IMG/VR virus record: IMGVR_UViG_3300025168_014046
Location: 1-44,025 of that record
Strand: one strand, 5' to 3'
DNA length: 44,025 bases
From: a virus
Taxonomy: Duplodnaviria; Caudoviricetes
In this document: one piece after another, positions 35,381 through 43,999 of the stretch
Position numbering within the stretch: position 1 is the first letter of the stretch
How the letters are laid out: every line of letters starts with the position of its first letter
Notes under the pieces: model-generated
The model's input: the letters and a program-made list of their open reading frames with translations, nothing else
The model's database searches: none
Told to the model about the DNA's origin: nothing
Made by a program: the position numbers and the translations under genes

Positions 35381-35629
35381 TCAATTCTCAAATATATCTT
35401 CGGTCTTATTTCTGTTCTTAATCATACTAGAGGCTGTCAATGCATCTTGAGGATCCACTTGCTTGAAAACAATAGAATTTGTTTCAGGCTCAAAATACAT
35501 ACCAACAATGTCATTCTTGGTTACAGCTTTGATTTCTTCTTCAGTTAACCTTAAAAAACCGCCGTTTTTCTTTACTATGGCAGCTAAAATGGAGAATAAA
35601 TACTCCGGGTCTTTCATATATTTACTCAT
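35381..35629 (-). CDS. Hypothetical protein
   Basis: 82-aa ORF with GAGGA SD. Confidence 0.75.
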   Translation of the reverse strand: MSKYMKDPEYLFSILAAIVKKNGGFLRLTEEEIKAVTKNDIVGMYFEPETNSIVFKQVDPQDALTASSMIKNRNKTEDIFEN

Positions 35630-35665
35630 CTATATTCCTCGCCAATTTTCAAGTAGGAGTTTCAT
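35630..35665 (-). CDS. 11-aa mini-ORF MKLLLENWRGI (leader-only remnant?)
   Basis: ATGA overlap with the upstream stop; ends TAG directly before the in-frame ATG of the next gene. Confidence 0.4.
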   Translation of the reverse strand: MKLLLENWRGI

Positions 35666-38028
35666 GATCTTAAGTAATCTTTCCAAGTTGAAACAATACT
35701 TTCGTTTGTTTGCATCGAAGACGGCTGACGAGCATTAACAAATTGAGCTAACACTCTGTTAAACACCACGTTAAGGTTGTCTTCGTCGTCCATCTCGCCC
35801 TCTACAAGCTCTTTGAATAACCCAACCATAATATCGGGTTCATCGGCGTTAATCGAGAATATAGCAGTATATTTAGCTTCTCCAGCGTGTTCCACTGTTG
35901 TAGCATTCATTTGTAGATAGTATTGTGTGTTTTCGGTTTTTCTTGGTTCTTCAAGCAATTGCCTTCTCAGTTCAATTTTAAAGTCGCGAGAATCAAGAAT
36001 CTTCATAAGCACTTCCATGCCTAATCCTAAATCTTCTGGATCATAATAGTGAGAGTATCTTGCGGTGGACTCATACGAATCGGAGTAGTCACCATCAGTT
36101 TCAACATCCCACTCGTAGGATGACACATCACCATCTTCAATCGCCATGGCTAAATTGATGTAATCCCCGCCTTCCATTTGACCTTCACGTTTGAAGTATG
36201 TGGTGAGGATTTCTTCAAAAGCGTCTCTTCTATCGTCGATCACGCCATCGATATTCTGGCATGCCTCGTTGTATTCTTCAGGCAATGCAAAATACGTATC
36301 TCCGGCAATGTCAGGATGATCGAAGTTAATATCAATAGATAAGTGTATTTCTTCGCGGATCCTACGGATTGTGGGAGTAGAGTCATCTGAGGGAATAAAT
36401 ACATCACCAAAATGCTGATTTATTTCATCAACAGAATTCCATACAACTTCTTCTGCGTTGCTCGGCAGTCTTTTCCACTCATCAACCGGCCATTTAGCAA
36501 CAAACTGACCTGACGGTCTGATATAAACACCATCTCCACCATCTTCATGGACTTCATAATCAACAAAACACTGAGCGTATCTTTCTACCCAATAGTTTGC
36601 TATTTCCTCGCACCTCGCATTAGTTGATGCAAGGACATCACCAATTAAGTCTGCATCAAGAGTATCTTCAGTATCTGTGTTTTGCCTCATATTACCGGTA
36701 ACACGTTGATCTACTAACTTTCTCATTAGTTCTGCACGACCCGCTGCATTTGCGGTGTCTTCATAGGAGCCACCAAAGATCATAAATCTATCTAAATTAA
36801 TCTTTCCGTCTTCTTTCGGCATATTTTCAATGACTTCTTCTTGACTTAATCTCGCCCAGTCAGTAACTTGATCGGCTAAACCGGGAATGTCGGCACCATA
36901 GACTCTTTTCTCTGGCATTCCAACATCTTGTCCGTCATCAAATCGTTTTGGTTCATCTGAGTCAAAATATCTAACGTGACGGATACGTGTGCGAGAAATT
37001 GGCTCAATATCGCCGCTAAATGGGCGTTTATCATCTAAAAATATCTCATCTTCTTGAATTTCTTGTTCTGCACTGTCTATATTGCTCGTATTAGTGGCTG
37101 AGAGCAGGTCTTCTGTGTTAACCACATATGCAACCGCCCCGTGACCTTGTGCCTCAGCTACAGCGCACTTGTAATAGGATTGATAGGCATTTGCACGACT
37201 AGCTGGAGAGTGACAAGAGGTAATCTCGTCAAAATCGCTCATTCTAAGCACATCTATCGGATGTCGAGTGATAATAATAGAAAATTTGTCACTATCAAGC
37301 TCATCGATGTTCTGTTTGATGTATGCAGCGTTCTTTTTCCAATATTCTCCGTATTGAGTGGCTAAATCTTCCAAATCGTAGCCAGCAGGACCAGCCACCC
37401 CAGGAGCGGGGATATATAAAAGGATTTGTTGAATTATACGCTTATAATCTTCATTTTTTTGAAATTCGGAGTCATTTTTGGCAATTTCTTTCTTTTGTCT
37501 GCTTAAAGTAGCCATTTTGGAAAATAACTTGCCAATTTTCATCTGAAACTTCTTAATTTTCTTTTTATTGGGGTTGCCCGCGATTTGTGCGGCTAAATCA
37601 CTGGTACTAGTTACTTCTCTGACCGCAGAAACCATACCTTTCTCCCAATTTACATCATATTCTTGTGTTTCAAAGAATCTTGCGAACTTTCCAAGCTCTG
37701 TGCTCGGGTCAATTGTTGGAAATGGTATAACAACGCGCATTTTGCCACTGAAAAGGTCATTAAGAGGCAAATTAGCTGGGTCTAAGCCGTCCAACACATC
37801 TTCAAGCACTCGCATTTCGTCTTCAGTGACTTCTTTAAGCACTTTTTCGCTTGAAGAGTATAGGTCTTCATTTCTTTTCTTCTTTTTCTTAGTGTTTTTA
37901 ACACAATTTGGGTATTTTTTCCCAAACATGGTCTTCATACCTTTCTTTTTATAACCTTTCCAACACTTTTCTTCTAAAGTGTCGAGAAGATTGGCTGTTT
38001 TTAGCAGGATTTCTTCGTCATTTAACAT
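35662..38028 (-). CDS. Large hypothetical protein (788 aa) with an N-terminal basic CWKGY...PNCVK module
   Basis: Long ORF; central TRHPIDVLRMSD...TSCHS and PEKRVYG motifs; acidic C-terminal half. Confidence 0.85.
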   Translation of the reverse strand: MLNDEEILLKTANLLDTLEEKCWKGYKKKGMKTMFGKKYPNCVKNTKKKKKRNEDLYSSSEKVLKEVTEDEMRVLEDVLDGLDPANLPLNDLFSGKMRVVIPFPTIDPSTELGKFARFFETQEYDVNWEKGMVSAVREVTSTSDLAAQIAGNPNKKKIKKFQMKIGKLFSKMATLSRQKKEIAKNDSEFQKNEDYKRIIQQILLYIPAPGVAGPAGYDLEDLATQYGEYWKKNAAYIKQNIDELDSDKFSIIITRHPIDVLRMSDFDEITSCHSPASRANAYQSYYKCAVAEAQGHGAVAYVVNTEDLLSATNTSNIDSAEQEIQEDEIFLDDKRPFSGDIEPISRTRIRHVRYFDSDEPKRFDDGQDVGMPEKRVYGADIPGLADQVTDWARLSQEEVIENMPKEDGKINLDRFMIFGGSYEDTANAAGRAELMRKLVDQRVTGNMRQNTDTEDTLDADLIGDVLASTNARCEEIANYWVERYAQCFVDYEVHEDGGDGVYIRPSGQFVAKWPVDEWKRLPSNAEEVVWNSVDEINQHFGDVFIPSDDSTPTIRRIREEIHLSIDINFDHPDIAGDTYFALPEEYNEACQNIDGVIDDRRDAFEEILTTYFKREGQMEGGDYINLAMAIEDGDVSSYEWDVETDGDYSDSYESTARYSHYYDPEDLGLGMEVLMKILDSRDFKIELRRQLLEEPRKTENTQYYLQMNATTVEHAGEAKYTAIFSINADEPDIMVGLFKELVEGEMDDEDNLNVVFNRVLAQFVNARQPSSMQTNESIVSTWKDYLRS

Positions 38029-38032
38029 TATT

Positions 38033-39259
38033 TTACTCTTTCATTGATTTAGAACCACGACATTTCCACTTTTTACGGGATAGTGCATTGGCACATGGCG
38101 GGTTTTTACACTTTTTAATCTTTGCTGAGCGCGCACAATAGGCATCACCCTTCTTGGTGCCGGGTCTAATGCGATCTCCACCACCTTTTGCTTTCCCTTT
38201 CTGTCCGAATGAGCGACATTTGCCGTCTACACGCTTGGCAAAGCGTTTTCCTTTAGAAGGTTTACAAGCTTTTTTTTTCTTCTTCTCTCTAACAACTGCT
38301 TCCAACTCTTCTTTTACCATTATAGCAAGCTTTTCGTTATCTTTACCATAAGTTTCGCAAGGATTTTTACCACAACCGCAGTTTAATTCTTCTTTTACAG
38401 CAACTTTGAGTGCTGGTTCTTCATTATCCATACCACAACCCCCCTCTTCGAAGGGGTTTTCACCATAAGAACGTCCCATATCAGTGGGTGTTGCGGGGTA
38501 ACATTTGCCATCAGAGGCCATTTTAGTGCCTTCAGGGCAATCACCCTCTTTTAATTCGTCATCATCGGTCTCATCGAGGATTTTTTCGACACGTTCAGCT
38601 TGAGAAGCATGCATTTTGGAGGCACCCTTTAACTCATCAGCTATTTTTTTCAACTCTTCTTCATGTTCTTTGGAATGAGATTCCTGTAATATCAACTCAA
38701 TCTCATTCTGAACGTCAAGCTCTAGCGATTCTTTCTTAGAATTGCCCCAGTTTTTAGCACCAACCTTACGACATTTAACTAAAGCACCGGATGCATACGC
38801 ACTCGGCCACACTTTATAGCGTGATTTTACCTTATTATAGCATGCGTCTTTTTTACCAGAAGACTTTTTCTTCTTTTTCTTCTTCTTTTTCTTCTCGTCA
38901 AGGACTGCCTCTAATTCTTCTTGAATAATTTGCTCTAAATCCATGTATAATTCCTCATTTTTCTTTTTAGACTTCTTTTTAGCCTTTTTGCCCCATGATT
39001 TACCTTTGCCACGCTCCTTACAGGCACCCGGTGTGGGCCTGCATGCAGGGTATTTCTTACGTTTCTCTCCTGAACCACGTCCACAAGACTTATAACCACC
39101 CTTTCCATCAGGTGAATTACAATCAACCCACCCTTTTTTCTTACCTTTAGCACCTTTTCTACCAAACCAGTCTCTCAGTGAGGACTCTTTGCTAGATTCT
39201 GAGCCTGCTTTCTTGCGTTTTTTCTTTTTTTCTTCGATTGAATCGTATAAATCATTCAT
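38033..39259 (-). CDS. Modular Lys/Cys-rich protein (probable virion internal protein)
   Basis: Three basic Cys-containing modules separated by acidic IIQEEL/VKEEL linkers and poly-Lys runs. Confidence 0.8.
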   Translation of the reverse strand: MNDLYDSIEEKKKKRKKAGSESSKESSLRDWFGRKGAKGKKKGWVDCNSPDGKGGYKSCGRGSGEKRKKYPACRPTPGACKERGKGKSWGKKAKKKSKKKNEELYMDLEQIIQEELEAVLDEKKKKKKKKKKSSGKKDACYNKVKSRYKVWPSAYASGALVKCRKVGAKNWGNSKKESLELDVQNEIELILQESHSKEHEEELKKIADELKGASKMHASQAERVEKILDETDDDELKEGDCPEGTKMASDGKCYPATPTDMGRSYGENPFEEGGCGMDNEEPALKVAVKEELNCGCGKNPCETYGKDNEKLAIMVKEELEAVVREKKKKKACKPSKGKRFAKRVDGKCRSFGQKGKAKGGGDRIRPGTKKGDAYCARSAKIKKCKNPPCANALSRKKWKCRGSKSMKE

Positions 39260-39260
39260 T

Positions 39261-39707
39261 TTATGACATTTCCAAAGCTATCTCCAATAAATAGATCGGA
39301 ATTTCACTATTGTCTATGTCTTTTATATCTTCAATGTTAGCCCACATATAATCGTCGTGTTCTATCAAGCCGGTAATTGGGTTTGGTTTGTCAATATCTA
39401 TATTACCATTCCATTTTTTTGTAAGAAAGTAAAATTTATCAGGCTTTGCTTCACCAAGATAAAAAAGATCACTTACTTCACATGTTAAATTTGTTTCTTC
39501 GAGAAGTTCTCGGACTGCACCTTCTTCAATACTTCCGTCTTCTTCATCAATATGACCGCCAGGGATGGTCCACTGGCCCGCTCTGGCATCAATTTTGGAC
39601 CTACGTATAATGAGAAACCGCTGTTTGTCATCAAGACAAACAACGATTCCAACAGTTTTCAACTCTTTTTCAGTTAGAAATGTATTCCAATTGCTTTTTA
39701 TCGACAT
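39261..39707 (-). CDS. Nudix hydrolase
   Basis: WTIPGGHIDEEDGSIEEGAVRELLEETNL Nudix box; leader NWNTFLTE. Confidence 0.93.
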   Translation of the reverse strand: MSIKSNWNTFLTEKELKTVGIVVCLDDKQRFLIIRRSKIDARAGQWTIPGGHIDEEDGSIEEGAVRELLEETNLTCEVSDLFYLGEAKPDKFYFLTKKWNGNIDIDKPNPITGLIEHDDYMWANIEDIKDIDNSEIPIYLLEIALEMS

Positions 39708-40456
39708 GCTTTATAATTTTCAACAGTTCCACGACAAAAAGCACTTAATGCACTTTTCATATTAACATTTTTAATCGGTGCAACCCATATTAGATTCTCT
39801 TGAATTTGAGTTCCGTAGACATATTGAACGTCCACACCGTAAAGAATGCCAAGTAGTTGGCCTTTCTTGTTGTAAACACCCGAACCAGAACACCCAAACC
39901 AACCATATGTGTTAACAATTAATTGAGTTCCTGAGCCAGTTACTTCTTCATAACCTACAATTCTACCATCAAACGACATAAGTTTATGCCAAGAAGGGTG
40001 TCCTGAATAGATAATGTCGGTACCGATGTCATAGTTACTGACCGGATCCCAGGACATTGGCTTAATATAGTTGAATTCATTGAGTACAACTAAAATTGCG
40101 ATATCATGTTCTTGGCTTTGATAGATTAATATACCGGTTCTTTGCTCTACATCCTTGGATATTAAGTATTCTGAACCAAGAGCACCATCTGCCACATGTC
40201 TAGCTGTAAATACCAGTGTTAAATCCTTGTAAGAAACCACGGTGCCACTACCGTGACCGCTGCTTGTTACGACCTTTACGGCAGCATTGCGAACTTTTCG
40301 CTCAGCCGAAGAAAGACTTTTACTTACTTTCTCAATTGGTTTTTGAGGAGTGAAGACACTACTTGTTTGGGTCTGTTTCTCTGTATCTGCATGCGCGCTA
40401 ATGCTAGTAAACCCTACAACCAACATTATAGCTAAGCTTTTAATTAAATTTTTCAT
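39698..40456 (-). CDS. Secreted trypsin-like serine protease
   Basis: Signal peptide (..SAHA|D); GSGTV, TARHV, DIAIL, GCSGS catalytic motifs. Confidence 0.88.
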   Translation of the reverse strand: MKNLIKSLAIMLVVGFTSISAHADTEKQTQTSSVFTPQKPIEKVSKSLSSAERKVRNAAVKVVTSSGHGSGTVVSYKDLTLVFTARHVADGALGSEYLISKDVEQRTGILIYQSQEHDIAILVVLNEFNYIKPMSWDPVSNYDIGTDIIYSGHPSWHKLMSFDGRIVGYEEVTGSGTQLIVNTYGWFGCSGSGVYNKKGQLLGILYGVDVQYVYGTQIQENLIWVAPIKNVNMKSALSAFCRGTVENYKACR

Positions 40457-40468
40457 TTGTTTGTTCCT

Positions 40469-41479
40469 TTAAATACCTGTTTCGCCTGTATCGGTATCAA
40501 TATATCTATAACCGATCTCTACTAATTGACCCGCACTGGGTAAAATAGTGAAATATACTGTATTGTCAGATTCTTGGTAATACCAGTCGTGGTTTAAAGA
40601 ACCATTAATAAATACTCTGATTGAATCAGGCTCAGCTTTGTGTGTCAAAGTGAGGTTCTCATATGGATCAATTGCTTGTGTAGCGTCAGTTACCCCTGGC
40701 GCCCAATCTTCATCACATATATCAACTATAACTCCACCAATTGCACCGGTAGCTTCCATAAACCTATATCCGACATTTATTAAACCAGTTGGAATGTCAC
40801 ACAAACTGAATTCTGCTTCGACATTAATAATACTAGCCATGAATACAGAACCCATTCTCAATGAACCGTACCAACTTAAGAAATCAGATACAGCAGGGTA
40901 TTCTATGTCACTCTGTTCTTCTTCATCCGACACGAATACAACCAACAGGCCTGCATCTGGACGCATCCACGTAGAAGAATAGGGGTTGTGATTAATATAA
41001 TCATAAACAGCACTGAATCCTTCTTCAAAGGGGCCTGACGGTAATGTCGCTAACATAGCTGTTGCATCCGCGGCATCATCTCCAGGTACTAAAGGAAACT
41101 CAGTGCTTAATACAGCGTCAGATGGATCTGCGCTTATGATTACCAATCTCCAATCAGCAGTTGGTAATGCCAACATCATTGCTTCAATACCAGCAATTAA
41201 TTCTGTGTTGAATCGACTCATTGAGCCCGATTTATCGATAACCCATAAAATATCAACTCCGTCAACCGACATATGTTGAGTGAAGGAATCAACCCATATG
41301 ATTCCCTCATTAACGGGTACCTCAACTTCTACATATACCGGAACTTCAACTTCAACCTCGACCGGTACTTCAACCTCAACTTCTACTTGTTCTCTAATTG
41401 TGATGACTTCTGAGCCACCGCCTATCATGTAATCCGTAGAACATGATAACATGCTTAAAACAAAAAGTAATAATCCCAC
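40469..41479 (-). CDS. vWA-domain lipoprotein
   Basis: Lipobox-like MLSC, VEVEVP repeats, MIDAS VDILWVIDKSGS, VVFVSDEEE; GGAGG SD. Confidence 0.85.
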   Translation of the reverse strand: MGLLLFVLSMLSCSTDYMIGGGSEVITIREQVEVEVEVPVEVEVEVPVYVEVEVPVNEGIIWVDSFTQHMSVDGVDILWVIDKSGSMSRFNTELIAGIEAMMLALPTADWRLVIISADPSDAVLSTEFPLVPGDDAADATAMLATLPSGPFEEGFSAVYDYINHNPYSSTWMRPDAGLLVVFVSDEEEQSDIEYPAVSDFLSWYGSLRMGSVFMASIINVEAEFSLCDIPTGLINVGYRFMEATGAIGGVIVDICDEDWAPGVTDATQAIDPYENLTLTHKAEPDSIRVFINGSLNHDWYYQESDNTVYFTILPSAGQLVEIGYRYIDTDTGETGI

Positions 41480-41524
41480 ATTTATCCCTCCTAGTAAATG
41501 TTCTTGCCAATAGTAATTATGTCG

Positions 41525-41692
41525 TTATTCATCTTCTTGACGAAGAAGAACGAAACTTAATAAAATCATGTTGCAAATAGAGAGTATTTTCAAATCATAC
41601 ATTCCGGTGCTTGCGGCGAATATCAGCAGCCAGATGTTTATGACAAAAGCGACGGCGGACACGGGCAGCATAATTTTGTGAAGTTTATCCAT
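41525..41692 (-). CDS. Small two-helix membrane protein (55 aa, MDKLHKIML...; not in ORF track)
   Basis: ATG 5 nt after TAGTTA; two hydrophobic segments. Confidence 0.6.
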   Translation of the reverse strand: MDKLHKIMLPVSAVAFVINIWLLIFAASTGMYDLKILSICNMILLSFVLLRQEDE

Positions 41693-41759
41693 CAAAGTAA
41701 CTACGAGTGTGTTTTGTAGAACGTCGAAATTTTTTTATTTTATTAACGATTATTTTTTT

Positions 41760-42053
41760 CTAGATTTTTTTCTTTTTAGAATCGCCGGACACAGAGTGAA
41801 GGTTATATATACCAATCACTACAGACATCTTTAAACCCAATTCTTCCATCATCGTAGGTCCAGTGTATACCAAGTCCCAGTGAGTGGAGTTCATCCAATA
41901 TATATTCCAGTAAACCGACGCATACATATACCCTTCATCCCCAGGCGTTACTTTCATTTCCATCAATACGCCTATAGACCGAGTCAGAGGATCGACCAGC
42001 AAATCACCCGGATGCAAAACAAGGTTATCGCATTCTTGGCGGATATCGTCCAC
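41760..42053 (-). CDS. Small SH3/KOW-like hypothetical protein
   Basis: LHPGDLL...IGVLME...WNIYW. Confidence 0.7.
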   Translation of the reverse strand: MDDIRQECDNLVLHPGDLLVDPLTRSIGVLMEMKVTPGDEGYMYASVYWNIYWMNSTHWDLVYTGPTMMEELGLKMSVVIGIYNLHSVSGDSKKKKI

Positions 42054-42364
42054 TAATCGGCTTTTAATGAACGAACACGTTCATCATCCTTATCAAGTAT
42101 GACAATGATGCCGGCCTTAATCAAATTCTCCAATCCAGTTTCAGAATATATTACACGGCCATCCTTAGACCACACAGTATCCCACACCCAGACAATGAAT
42201 GAACTATTGTCCCACACGCTATGTGGAATAGTGTGAGTGCCTACATACTCATTATGTTGGTCGACTTCACGGGTAGTGAAACGTCGAACCAATATGCCGA
42301 TGCTCTTAGCATCAACGTCAAACAACGTCATACCTTCAAGAAGGTTGATATCGTGTGTACCCAT
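42053..42364 (-). CDS. Small SH3/KOW-like hypothetical protein
   Basis: LLEGMTLFD...IGILVR...WDTVW; resembles the neighbouring ORF. Confidence 0.7.
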   Translation of the reverse strand: MGTHDINLLEGMTLFDVDAKSIGILVRRFTTREVDQHNEYVGTHTIPHSVWDNSSFIVWVWDTVWSKDGRVIYSETGLENLIKAGIIVILDKDDERVRSLKAD

Positions 42365-42386
42365 ACCCTATATAGGGCCTTACACA

Positions 42387-42623
42387 CTAAAGCTTCAACC
42401 AACCCCTAGGGTTCTTCATACAAGCCGCCATGGCCTCGTCTCGGGTGATCCTGTTAGCGGCTGATAATTGGCACGTAGCAATTGGTAAAAGTACATCAAC
42501 TTTGACCGCACTCTCGTCCACACTCTCTATATAAGGTGACTGTAGGGTTTTAATCTCGCAATATTCAGCTTTTTGCCCGTTTGCAGCACCGGCTAATAAT
42601 GCGTATGATATAAATTTCAGCAT
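42387..42623 (-). CDS. Small putative secreted protein
   Basis: Signal-peptide-like MLKFISYALLAGAANG; three Cys; AAGGA SD. Confidence 0.65.
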   Translation of the reverse strand: MLKFISYALLAGAANGQKAEYCEIKTLQSPYIESVDESAVKVDVLLPIATCQLSAANRITRDEAMAACMKNPRGWLKL

Positions 42624-42679
42624 GGGTAGTTGTCCTTCAAAGTAGTTTGAACGTGTGTATATAGTCCCATAGAATTCTA

Positions 42680-42925
42680 TTAAACTTTAATTCTATCAAT
42701 AATATATGGATGTTGGATAGACAGATCTTTGTAGAGCTTTTTAAGCACTTTCTTGGTGATATCACCGATATCGTCTTTGATTTGCTTGGATGCTATAGCC
42801 TTAGCCACCTCATCCTCAACCATTCTCTTCAATTCTTTCGAAATCATGTTCTTGATTTCGGCTTTGTCACTGGCTGTCAATTCTTCGACTATGATGTTAG
42901 CTAAAATGCTTTTGTTAATTTGCAT
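42680..42925 (-). CDS. Helical hypothetical protein (MQINKSILANIIVEEL...)
   Basis: ATG 42925 is 4 nt after TAATTA; IIxEEL motif. Confidence 0.7.
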   Translation of the reverse strand: MQINKSILANIIVEELTASDKAEIKNMISKELKRMVEDEVAKAIASKQIKDDIGDITKKVLKKLYKDLSIQHPYIIDRIKV

Positions 42926-42936
42926 ACAATAATTAG

Positions 42937-43218
42937 TCACTCTTTCTCATAAATGTATGCTTTTCTTAAATTGACTGGTGCTACCAATTTTAAGCGCCCT
43001 TCCTTAAGCCAAAATACGTCGTATAACGGGAATTCCTCCCAATATTTGAATTTCACATCGACCACGATGCCGATGTTTTTCATAGAATCGTGCTCTATGT
43101 CGGATAATTTCCAATTTACTGCGTCTGGTGGAATCACCCACGTATCGTAGTAGTGAACCAAGTCCCCAATTTCGAACTCAATTTCCGGAAGAGCCGGCTT
43201 CGGCATGTGTTTATCCAT
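42937..43218 (-). CDS. Small SH3/KOW-like hypothetical protein
   Basis: FEIGDLVHY...IGIVVDV...YDVFW...NL. Confidence 0.75.
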   Translation of the reverse strand: MDKHMPKPALPEIEFEIGDLVHYYDTWVIPPDAVNWKLSDIEHDSMKNIGIVVDVKFKYWEEFPLYDVFWLKEGRLKLVAPVNLRKAYIYEKE

Positions 43219-43221
43219 ATA

Positions 43222-43476
43222 TTAACTAGCAATTCTGACGAATTTTCTCAATCTGCTGATTGTATGCATCCATATTGCCTCTTTCACACCGGCATGCGGG
43301 TATTTCACCCAATATATCTTTGCCATATCCATTGAGGGGTGTTCTGATGCGTTATCGTATAGCTCCACCACCAATGCTACACCCCCATGACACGTACAAG
43401 TCACTAAGTCTCCGACTTGTAGATCGTGATCGGGTGCTATTTCAAAGTATTTGTATAACCTTTCCTTATAACCCAT
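43222..43476 (-). CDS. Small SH3/KOW-like hypothetical protein
   Basis: LQVGDLVTC...VALVVEL...AKIYW...RL. Confidence 0.75.
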   Translation of the reverse strand: MGYKERLYKYFEIAPDHDLQVGDLVTCTCHGGVALVVELYDNASEHPSMDMAKIYWVKYPHAGVKEAIWMHTISRLRKFVRIAS

Positions 43477-43536
43477 GATGTGCCCCTACCCTAACTACTT
43501 AATCTGGGAAAATTTTTAGGCGCATATTTTCGACCA

Positions 43537-43785
43537 TTAGCTGCAAACATTTAGGTTTCGTTCTGGGATTGGTATGCAATTTTGCAAGTTGAACCAATAT
43601 ATCTCATGGACCTTTATCCTGCGTATATCCACACCATGATACTTAAGCTCCTGATACCTTCCACTCCACGGTACACCAATCTCCACCACAACCCCCAACA
43701 TACCCTCGTCCGGCATGTTAGAGAGCACGTAGTGCGTCTTCTTGATGTACCTGACTAACTGCCCTTTCTCTAATATACCACCCAT
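43537..43785 (-). CDS. Small SH3/KOW-like hypothetical protein
   Basis: LEKGQLVRY...LGVVVEI...HEIYWF...NL; likely start ATG 43785, 4 nt after TAATTA. Confidence 0.7.
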   Translation of the reverse strand: MGGILEKGQLVRYIKKTHYVLSNMPDEGMLGVVVEIGVPWSGRYQELKYHGVDIRRIKVHEIYWFNLQNCIPIPERNLNVCS

Positions 43786-43878
43786 ACTGTAATTACTCGT
43801 ATCTGTAATTTTTTCAGCGTGTATGAAAAGGTACTTAGTCGCTGTCACAGCACTGTCGCATACAATGGTACATACATT

Positions 43879-43901
43879 CGGGTACCCGGGGGGGAGGGGG
43901 G
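43879..43901. other. G-tract element (CGGGTACCCG palindrome overlapping G7-A-G6) in a non-coding region
   Basis: CGGGTACCCGGGGGGGAGGGGGG; unique in this AT-rich window. Confidence 0.6.
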
Positions 43902-43999
43902 TCTGCCTGTCATTGTCAGCTTTGTAACTTGCTTATCATAACACATGATATATGTGACAGGATGTGTCAGGTTCCCTCTGTTACTATAGTGAAAGGTTA

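Noticed and set aside
987-43478. Numerous 60-144 aa plus-strand ORFs in the track
   Set aside because: All lie opposite well-supported minus-strand genes and lack SDs or motifs.
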